Assembly (NCBI GenBank): GCA_963805625.1
Contig: CAWDVE010000015.1
Location: 1-30,325 of the forward strand
Reading direction: 5' to 3'
Source of the DNA: an uncultured Candidatus Rokubacteria bacterium
GTDB lineage: Bacteria; Methylomirabilota; Methylomirabilia; Rokubacteriales; DASRDR01
DNA: 30,325 bases
Positions 1 to 11,988 of this stretch are shown here, in pieces (the stretch's first letter is position 1; every line of letters begins with the position of its first letter). Both the position numbers and the translations under genes were made by a program. The notes below the pieces were generated by a model, which saw only the letters and a list, made by a program, of their open reading frames with translations, ran no database searches and was not told the DNA's origin.

Positions 1-1
1 G

Positions 2-78
2 TGGTGCGCCCAGCAGGATTCGAACCTGCGACCTTCGGATTCGTAGTCCGACGCTCTATCCAACTGAGCTATGGGCGC
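2..78 (-). tRNA. tRNA-Arg(ACG)
   Basis: Reverse complement GCGCCCATAGCTCAGTTGGATAGAGCG-TCGGA CTACGAA TCCGA-AGGTCGCAGGTTCGAATCCTGCTGGGCGCACCA. Cloverleaf, anticodon ACG, encoded CCA. Confidence 0.97.
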
Positions 79-97
79 GCCCAACCGCTCGGAGGAA

Positions 98-191
98 TGG
101 CGGAGAGGCCGGGATTCGAACCCGGGACCAGGCTCAACACCCGGTAACCGCTTAGCAGGCGGTTGCCATCGGCCGACTCGGCCACCTCTCC
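98..191 (-). tRNA. tRNA-Ser(GCT)
   Basis: GGAGAGGTGGCCGAGTCGG... ACCGC CTGCTAA GCGGT, long variable arm, GGTTCGAATCC T-loop, ends GCCA. Confidence 0.96.
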
Positions 192-205
192 GTGCGCAGC
201 GCTTC

Positions 206-234
206 ATCTTCCCGGTGGGCCAAGCCTTCGTCAA
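206..234 (-). promoter_or_regulatory. Putative sigma70 promoter for tRNA-Ser(GCT)-tRNA-Arg
   Basis: TTGACG-N17-GAAGAT on the minus strand, about 15 nt before the tRNA 5' end. Confidence 0.5.
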
Positions 235-258
235 CTCAGCGGGCTGCCATGGGACGAA

Positions 259-348
259 TGGCGGAGGGGGAGGGATTCGAACCCCCGAAGGGCTCGCGCC
301 GATACCGGCTTTCAAGACCGGCGCCTTCAACCGCTCGGCCACCCCTCC
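259..348 (-). tRNA. tRNA-Ser(TGA)
   Basis: GGAGGGGTGGCCGAGCGGTTGAAGGCG CCGGT CTTGAAA GCCGG, long variable arm, GGTTCGAATCC, ends GCCA. Confidence 0.95.
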
Positions 349-397
349 GGTGTCGGGATTCCGCGTACTTCCCTGAGGCCGCGCTTCGAGTATAGCG

Positions 398-514
398 TCA
401 TGTGCCCTTGGCCGCAGCGGTGGGGGTAAAGGTCAAGCCGTCGAGTCGAGCGACGGCCCCCCGGAGGTGGGTCGGAGACAGGTGGGCGTAGCGGAGGGTC
501 ATGGTCAGAGTGGT
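398..514 (-). pseudogene. Tyrosine recombinase/integrase C-terminal remnant
   Basis: Hand translation TTLTMTLRYAHLSPTHLRGAVARLDGLTFTPTAAAKGT*. It contains the box II catalytic-Tyr motif (MTxRYAHL). The upstream LGH and the rest of the gene are absent. Confidence 0.8.
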
Positions 515-733
515 AGGCGGCCGTGGACGCGCAGACCCAGGGCGTGTGCCGCCGTGGCTTGGGCACCCGGCCTGCCACGATCCCCAAGCACTTCGACGGC
601 AGCTCCCCCACGCCGGGCGACGAGAACCTCACCGCGGCCGCGGCGCGAGCCCTGACGATTGACGGCCGGCCGCACTGGCCTCTGCAGCCTGTCGGGAGCT
701 ACTCCTGTTCTTGGAAGAGACCGCCCCGCCGCG

Positions 734-982
734 TTACCACTTGACCCCGACTCGTCGCTTCAACTGCTCAAGAGAGCGCGTGGGTTGGCGTCGCCGCGCG
801 CGGATGAGCCTCCAGAACTTCGGGTCTGTTTGGACCACGACCGCGTCCCAATCCTCGCCCTGGACGCCGACCAGCACGGCCGCCGGCTTACCGTGGCGCG
901 TGACGATCACGCGGTCTCGCTGGGCGTCGTCCACACATGCCTTCACCCGCTTCTGGAGGTCGCGCACGGTCACCGTCTTCAC
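734..982 (-). CDS. Type II toxin-antitoxin Phd/YefM family antitoxin
   Basis: 82 aa, MKTVTVRDLQ...VIVTRHGKPAAVLV is the Phd/YefM signature. The GTG start overlaps the stop of the upstream toxin remnant (GTGA). Confidence 0.9.
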   Translation of the reverse strand: MKTVTVRDLQKRVKACVDDAQRDRVIVTRHGKPAAVLVGVQGEDWDAVVVQTDPKFWRLIRARRRQPTRSLEQLKRRVGVKW

Positions 983-1092
983 AGGATGTCCTCCGTCCTC
1001 TTCCCCGCGCGCTTGAGCCGGATCGCGCGGACGTAGACGACGCCTTCCTCGGGAGCGACGTCGTAGAACACCCGATGGGCTCCGACTCTCAG
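979..1092 (-). pseudogene. RelE/ParE family toxin, 5'-truncated
   Basis: Hand translation LRVGAHRVFYDVAPEEGVVYVRAIRLKRAGKRTEDIL*, the RelE C-terminal half (LRVG.xRV.Y). No N-terminal half is present. Confidence 0.8.
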
Positions 1093-1093
1093 T

Positions 1094-1195
1094 TTAGAAG
1101 ACGAGCACGACCGGCTTCTTGCCACGGTAGTCGGCCAGCGCGACCGCTCGGCCGGCGGCGGATACAGGTGCGCCGACCGTATGCTGCGCGGGCAT
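1094..1195 (-). pseudogene. AhpC/TSA (redoxin) N-terminal fragment
   Basis: MPAQHTVGAPVSAAGRAVALADYRGKKPVVLVF*. G.xV.LADYRGK.PVVLVF is the redoxin beta-strand motif. It stops (TAA) before the active-site Cys. Confidence 0.65.
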
Positions 1196-1260
1196 GGCCG
1201 TCAAGCCGTGCGAGCCCAGCCGTACGAGCCCGGCCGCGCTCGGTCGGCGCCGGCGCGCGC

Positions 1261-2542
<1,282 letters not shown>

Positions 2543-2550
<8 letters not shown>

Positions 2551-4972
2551 CGTTGCCCCGCTCGCCCTCCACCCGCGCCAGGCTCACGACGCGATCGTCC
2601 GCCTCGACGTCGATCACGCGGACGCCCCAGGTGTTGCGTCCCTGGGAGGACACGTCCTGGGCGGCGAAGCGGATCAGCTTCCCCTTGGTCGTCACGATCA
2701 GGATGTCGTCGCCTTCGCGCACCTGGATGAGGCCGATCACGAGCCCGTTGCGGCCGCCCGTCTTGATGTCGATGATTCCCTTGCCGCTCCGCCCCTGGAG
2801 CCGGTACTCCTCGAGCGGGGTCTGCTTGCCGTAGCCCCGATCGGTCACTGTGAGGATGGCGGCCCCCGCCAGCACCACCTCGGCCGCGATGACGGTGTCC
2901 TCCGCGTCGACGTCGATGCCCTTGACGCCAGCGGCGGCGCGGCCCATCGGACGCACCTCCTCCTCGCTGAACCGGATGGCCATCCCCTGCCGGGTCGCCA
3001 GCAAGACCTCGCGCTGGCCGTCCGTCAGCCGCACGGCCATGACCTCGTCTCCCTCGTCGAGCGTGATCGCGCGGATCCCGCCCCGCTGGGGCCGCGAATA
3101 CGCGGCCAGCTCGGTCTTCTTCACCCGGCCCTGGCGCGTCGCGAAGAACACGTAGCCGCCGGTCGTGAAGTCCCGCACGGCCACCGTGGCGGCCACCCGC
3201 TCCCGCTCTGCGAGGTGCAGCAGATTGACGAGCGCCTTGCCGCGCGCGTCGCGCTTCGCCTCCGGGATCTCATGCACCTTCAGCCAGTGGACCTTGCCGT
3301 CGTTCGTGAAGAACAGGAGATAGGCGTGCGTCGAGGCGATGTAGACGTCCTCGACGACGTCCTCCTCCTTGGTCTCCATGCCCGTCACGCCCTTGCCGCC
3401 CCGGCGCTGGCTCCGGTACGCCTCGATCGCGGTCCGCTTGATGTAGCCCGAGCGGGTGACCGTGACCACCATCTCCTCGTCGGCGATGAGGTCCTCGAGC
3501 GTGAGCTCGACCGTCTCCTCGACGATCTCGGTCCGGCGCTCGTCGGCGTACTCCGTCCGGAGGGCGACCAGCTCCTCCTTGATGATCTGCCGCACGAGGG
3601 CGTCGGAGCCGAGGATCGCCCGCAGCCGCTCGATGAGCTGGAGCACCTCGGTGTGCTCCTGGACCACCTTCTCGCGCTCGAGCTGCGTCAGGCGCTGGAG
3701 CCGCATGTCCAGGATGGCCTTCGCCTGGATCTCGCTCAGCTCGAGCTGGCTCATCAACGCCTGTCGGGCGGCGTCGACGCTCTCCGCGCCCCGGATGAGG
3801 CGGATCACCAGGTCGAGGTGCTCGAGCGCCTTCCGGAGGCCTTCCAGGATGTGCGCACGCTCCTCGGCGCGCGCGAGGTCGTAGCGGGTGCGCCGGACCA
3901 CGACCTCCCGCCGGAAGTCGATGAAGTGGTCGAGCATCTCCCGGAGCGTGACCACCTGCGGCCGCCGCCCGATGAGGGCCAGCATGTTGACCCCGAACGT
4001 CGACTGCATCGCGGTGTGCTTGTAGAGCTGGTTGAGGACGATCTGCGCGATCTCCCCCTTCCCGAGCTCCAGCACCATACGGATGCCGTGCCGGTCCGAC
4101 TCGTCGCGGATCTCGGAGAGGCCGTCGAGCTTCCCCTCGCGCGAGAGCTCGGCGATCTTGGTCATCAGCGAGGCCTTGTTGACCTGATACGGGAGCTCGG
4201 TCACCACGATGGCTTCGCGCCCGCCGCGGAGCTTCTCGGTGTGCGCCCGGGCCCGCATCGTGATGATGCCGCGCCCGGTCGTGAACGCATCCCGGATGCC
4301 CGCGGTGCCGTAGATGTACCCGCGGGTCGGAAAGTCCGGGCCCTTGACGGCCTGGAGCAGCTCCTCGACCGTCGCCGCCGGGTTTTCGAGCACGAGGACG
4401 AGCCCGTCGACGATCTCGCCAAGGTTGTGCGGAGGGATGTTCGTCGCCATGCCGACCGCGATACCGGACGAGCCGTTGACCAGAAGGTTTGGCAGGCGCG
4501 CCGGCAGGACCACGGGCTCCTGCTGCGTCTCGTCGTAGTTCGGGACGAAGTCGACGGTGTCCCGGTCGATGTCCGCCAGCATCTCCTGCGCGATCTTCGC
4601 GAGCCGCACCTCGGTGTAGCGGATCGCCGCCGGCGGGTCCCCGTCGATCGAGCCGAAGTTCCCCTGGCCGTCGACGAGCGGGTACCGCAGGGAGAACTCC
4701 TGCGCCATCCGCACGAGGGCCTCGTAGACGGGCGCCTCGCCGTGGGGATGGAACTTGCCGAGCGTGTCGCCGACGACGCGGGCCGACTTCCGATACCCGC
4801 GGTTCCACGCCAGGCCCATCTCGTGCATCGCGTAGAGCACGCGGCGATGCACCGGCTTGAGGCCGTCGCGAATGTCGGGGAGGGCCCGCCCGATGATGAC
4901 GGACATGGCGTAGTCGAGATACGACCGCCGCATCTCGTCTTCAATCGGGATCGCCAGCTGGCGTTCAGGCAT
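2543..4972 (-). CDS. gyrA: DNA gyrase subunit A
   Basis: [32 protein letters not shown] catalytic Tyr, GyrA-box QRRGGKG. ATG at 4972 with CAGGAG RBS. Confidence 0.98.
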
Positions 4973-5024
4973 CAGGCACTCCTGCAAGGCCCCCGCGCGC
5001 GGCCCGGGCCGGGCCGCGCGGGGA

Positions 5025-8539
<3,515 letters not shown>

Positions 8540-8556
8540 CCCGGGCGGGCCTCCCC

Positions 8557-9666
8557 TCACATGCGCATCGGCATTATAACACAGCGATACGCGTCATCCG
8601 GCGTGCCGCTCTTCTCCGCCGCGCCGAGAAGTACGCCCGGACTCAAGCCGTCCTTCAGCCCCACGACAGTCCACGGATGATCCATCGGGCCGAGCGCGTC
8701 GAGGACGTAGCGGGCGTTGAAGCCGATCGTCAGCTCGTCGCCGGCGAATTCGGCCGGCAGGGTTTCCTCGGCCTCGCCGAGCTCCTGACTCTGTGCGGAG
8801 AGCCGGATCTGACCCGCGCTGGCAGTCAACCGCACGGGGCGCGTCCGGTCGTCGGCGACGACGGCCACGCGGCGAATCGCCGCCAGCAAGGGCTCGCGCT
8901 CCACGACCAACCGCAAGGGCGAGGACTTCGGGATGACCTGCTCGTAGTTCGGAAACTGCCCTTCCACCAGCTTCGAGACGAGCTCGAAGCCTTCCGTGCG
9001 GACGAAGAACTTGCTCTCCCCGACCGCGAGATCTACCCGCTCGGCCCCGCCCAGGACCCGGGTGAGCTCCTGGACTGCCTTCCGAGGCACGATGCCAGCC
9101 ATCTCCACGTCCGCGTCCACAGCGCTCCGTGCGAGCGCCAAGCGGTGGCCGTCGGTGGCCACCAGTCGCAGCTCTTGCTTCCGCGCGACGAGATAGAGCC
9201 CGTTCAGGAACGGGCGGCTCTCGTCCTGCGACATCGCGTAGCTCGTCCGCCCGATCATGGTGCGCAAGAGCCCCGCTTCCACGCTCAGGGTCCCCGCCAC
9301 CGCGTCCAGATCGAGCGGCGGATACTCCTCGGCCGGGAGCCCGACCAGCTTGAACCGTGCGGTCCCGCACTTGAGCTCGACTCCGCCGTTGTCGAGCAGC
9401 ACGAACGCGACGGGTTGCGTTGGCAGCTCGCGCACGAGCTCCACCAGCTTCCGCGCGGCCAGCGTGATGGCGCCCGGCCGGGCGACCGTCCCCGGCACCG
9501 CCACTCGCGCCCCTACCTCGAGATCCGTGGCTGCGAGGCGGAGCCCTCCCTCCCGGGCCTCGATCAGGACGTTGGCCAGGATCGGCAGCGTCTGGCGAGG
9601 CTCGACGATGTTCTGCAGGAGCTGCAGTGCACGCAGCAACGGCTCACGAGCAACCTGGAAGTCCAT
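8557..9666 (-). CDS. dnaN: DNA polymerase III beta sliding clamp
   Basis: TLPILANV, ATDLEV, VATDGHRLA, GQFPNYEQVIP, IGFNARY, VIMPMR. ATG at 9666. Confidence 0.98.
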   Translation of the reverse strand: MDFQVAREPLLRALQLLQNIVEPRQTLPILANVLIEAREGGLRLAATDLEVGARVAVPGTVARPGAITLAARKLVELVRELPTQPVAFVLLDNGGVELKCGTARFKLVGLPAEEYPPLDLDAVAGTLSVEAGLLRTMIGRTSYAMSQDESRPFLNGLYLVARKQELRLVATDGHRLALARSAVDADVEMAGIVPRKAVQELTRVLGGAERVDLAVGESKFFVRTEGFELVSKLVEGQFPNYEQVIPKSSPLRLVVEREPLLAAIRRVAVVADDRTRPVRLTASAGQIRLSAQSQELGEAEETLPAEFAGDELTIGFNARYVLDALGPMDHPWTVVGLKDGLSPGVLLGAAEKSGTPDDAYRCVIMPMRM

Positions 9667-9856
9667 GTGTCTTAGTAACCCTCCTGAAAGAGATAAGGCA
9701 GTCGTCGTCGGAGTAGTAGGTGCTGGGGACAAACGCGACGGTCCGCGCTGAGGCACGGCCAGGTTGGGCGTGCGCCTGGTTCCGCTCTGGGGATAAGTCG
9801 GGGGACGGCGGTGGACAGGCCCGGGGCCTGATGGGGACCGTCGTGGACGACGCGGC
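9667..9856. other. Replication origin oriC (dnaA-dnaN intergenic): DnaA boxes plus DnaA-trio unwinding element
   Basis: Minus strand TTGTCCCCA (9724-9732), GCACC spacer, then TAC TAC TCC GAC GAC GAC (9701-9718). Box TTATCCCCA at 9788-9796 and further degenerate co-oriented boxes to about 9850. Confidence 0.8.
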
Positions 9857-11158
9857 TCACGCGAGGCGGATGGTGTTGATGATGTGGTCGAGGGTCCGGC
9901 GGAGCTTGGGGTCCTGCTGGAGGAGCGCGTCGATCTTGTTCACCGCGTGGAGAACCGTCGTGTGGTCCTTGCCGCCGAAGCCGCGGCCGATGTCGGCGTA
10001 GGAGTCGCTCGTGAGCTGGCGCGCGAGGTACATGGCGAGTTGCCGGGGGAAGGCGACGGCCTTGGTCCGGGTCTTGGCCCGGAGGTCCTGGGGTTTGACG
10101 TGAAAGACCTCGGCGACGCGGCGGAGGATGTCGTCGATCGTCACGAGGTGCTCCTCCGCCCCCCAGATGTTGGCGAGGACCTCCTGGGCAAGATCGAGGG
10201 TCAGCGGGCGACCGGTGAGGTTGCAGAAGGCGCGGATGCGCACGAGGGAGCCTTCCAGCTCGCGGATGTTCGACTTCACGCGATTGGCGATGAAGTAGGC
10301 GACGTCGTCGGGGAGCGCGACGCGGTCGAGCTCGGCCTTCTTCTTCAGAATCGCCACGCGGGTCTCGAACTCCGGCGGCTGGATGTCGGCGCTCATGCTC
10401 GACAGGAAGCGGGACCGGAGGCGCTCCTCCAAGTCCGGGATCTCCTTCGGCGAGCGGTCGCTGGACAGGACGATCTGCCGTTTCGGCATGAGGTCTTCGT
10501 AGGTATGGAAGAACTCTTCCTGGGTGCGCTCCTTGCCGGACAGGAACTGGATGTCGTCGATCAGGAGGAGGTCGATCGTCCGGTAGCGCTGGCGGAACTC
10601 CGGCGTCTTGTCGTGGCGGATGGCCGAGATCAGGTCATTGGTGAACTTCTCGCTCGAGAGGTACTGGATCCGGAAGTGGGGATGACTCTGGGTCAGGCGC
10701 TGGCCGATGGCCTGGAGCAGATGGGTCTTGCCGAGGCCCACCCCACCGTAGATGAACAGCGGATTGTAGGCGATGACGGGTGACTCGGCGACCGCCAGGC
10801 AGGCGGCCTGGGCGAACTGGTTTGACGAGCCGACGACGAACGTCTCGAAGCTGTAACGGGGATCGAGGTCAGGCGGAAGGGCAGGAGCCAGTGCTGGGGC
10901 AGGGGGCAGAGGCGCCGAGCGGTCGATCGAGAGGACAAGCTGAGCCCGCGGGCCGACCACGAGGGCCGCAGCCGCGCGCAGGGGCTCCAGATAGCGCTGC
11001 TCGAGCTGTTGGCGAAAAAACTTATTAGGGACGCCAAGTTCAAGTCGAGTGTCGTGGACATCCAGGACCCGCAGAGGACGGATCCAGGTGGTCAGCACCT
11101 CGGGGGGAAGCTTGCCTTCCAGGGCACCGAGGAGCCGATCGTGAACGTCGTCATGCAT
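9857..11158 (-). CDS. dnaA: Chromosomal replication initiator DnaA
   Basis: 433 aa. NPLFIYGGVGLGKTHL, LLIDDIQF, SNIRELEG, PRQLAMYL, GGKDHTTV. Confidence 0.98.
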   Translation of the reverse strand: MHDDVHDRLLGALEGKLPPEVLTTWIRPLRVLDVHDTRLELGVPNKFFRQQLEQRYLEPLRAAAALVVGPRAQLVLSIDRSAPLPPAPALAPALPPDLDPRYSFETFVVGSSNQFAQAACLAVAESPVIAYNPLFIYGGVGLGKTHLLQAIGQRLTQSHPHFRIQYLSSEKFTNDLISAIRHDKTPEFRQRYRTIDLLLIDDIQFLSGKERTQEEFFHTYEDLMPKRQIVLSSDRSPKEIPDLEERLRSRFLSSMSADIQPPEFETRVAILKKKAELDRVALPDDVAYFIANRVKSNIRELEGSLVRIRAFCNLTGRPLTLDLAQEVLANIWGAEEHLVTIDDILRRVAEVFHVKPQDLRAKTRTKAVAFPRQLAMYLARQLTSDSYADIGRGFGGKDHTTVLHAVNKIDALLQQDPKLRRTLDHIINTIRLA

Positions 11159-11195
11159 GGTGGGACCTTCCTACGGGAAGGAGTTACGCACACAC

Positions 11196-11215
11196 TTATC
11201 CACGACGGTGGATAA
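11196..11215. promoter_or_regulatory. Inverted pair of DnaA boxes in the dnaA leader
   Basis: TTATCCACG-AC-GGTGGATAA. Each is an 8/9 match to TTATCCACA. Confidence 0.85.
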
Positions 11216-11332
11216 CTTTGGGAACGCTGCCGTCGTCGCCTGACGCACTCGGTTACCTACGCGATCCCGTGACAGCCGTCGGCGCGCGAGAATCGCGAGC
11301 GCGCGACGGGCCATCCCCGAACCGGGCGGCTC

Positions 11333-11362
11333 ACCATAGCACGGGGGTCTCGGGAACGGCAA
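11333..11362 (-). promoter_or_regulatory. Putative dnaA promoter
   Basis: TTGCCG-N18-TATGGT with extended -10 TG on the minus strand. Confidence 0.55.
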
Positions 11363-11396
11363 CCGCACCTCAGCTAGCCACCGTGAGGGGCGGCGC

Positions 11397-11426
11397 TTGA
11401 CGCGGTCCTCGGCGCATCTGTAGGAT
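11397..11426 (+). promoter_or_regulatory. Putative rpmH promoter
   Basis: TTGACG-N18-TAGGAT upstream of the AGGAGG RBS of rpmH. Confidence 0.6.
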
Positions 11427-11464
11427 GGGCAGGCTGTGCGCATTGCGTGCACTAGGAGGAAGTC

Positions 11465-11599
11465 GTGAAGCGGACGTTCCAACCGAACCGTCGGCGGCGC
11501 GCGAAGACGCATGGGTTCCGCGAGCGCATGTCGACGAAAGGCGGCCGGAAGGTGCTGAAGCGGCGGCGCGCCAAAGGGCGTCGCCGGTTGACAGGCTGA
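11465..11599 (+). CDS. rpmH: 50S ribosomal protein L34
   Basis: Hand translation [53 protein letters not shown]. Too short for the ORF track. Confidence 0.98.
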   Translation: MKRTFQPNRRRRAKTHGFRERMSTKGGRKVLKRRRAKGRRRLTG

Positions 11600-11604
11600 G
11601 CGGA

Positions 11605-11973
11605 GTGCCCGGGGCCGTGCCCGCGCGCGCGGGGCTGCCGCGGGCGGAGCGGCTCCGGTCCCGAGCGGAGTTTGATCGACTTTTCCGTCGCGGGGCGCGC
11701 GTGGAAGGCCCCGCGTTCGTGCTGCTGTGGCGACGGGAGCCCGGACCACGCGCCGTAGGCTTCGCCGTGGGACGCCGGCTCGGTGGCAGCGTGGTGAGGA
11801 ACCGGGCGCGGCGGCGTCTCCGAGAGGCGTATCGGCGGCAGCGTGGGCTCGTGCCGTCAGAGGGAATCCGCCTCTGCTTCATTGCCCGCCAGCCGGCACT
11901 GACGAGTCCCTTCGATCAGCTGGTTGACGCGATGGCGGACGCGCTGGCGCAGACGGCACGTCGCCCTCGCTAA
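11605..11973 (+). CDS. rnpA: Ribonuclease P protein component
   Basis: LPRAERLRSRAEF, GFAVGRRLGGSVVRNRARRRLRE (RNR motif). Start is GTG 11605 or 11617. Confidence 0.93.
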   Translation: MPGAVPARAGLPRAERLRSRAEFDRLFRRGARVEGPAFVLLWRREPGPRAVGFAVGRRLGGSVVRNRARRRLREAYRRQRGLVPSEGIRLCFIARQPALTSPFDQLVDAMADALAQTARRPR

Positions 11974-11988
11974 ATACCTGATAAAAGA

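Noticed and set aside
1094-1195. Possible selenoprotein or read-through redoxin
   Set aside because: The stop is TAA, not TGA, and the downstream sequence is RelE-derived with no redoxin continuation.
4990-5024. GC-rich hairpin between gyrB and gyrA, loosely similar to 22727-22760
   Set aside because: No U-tract, and the similarity is short and low-complexity. Not enough to call a terminator or REP family.
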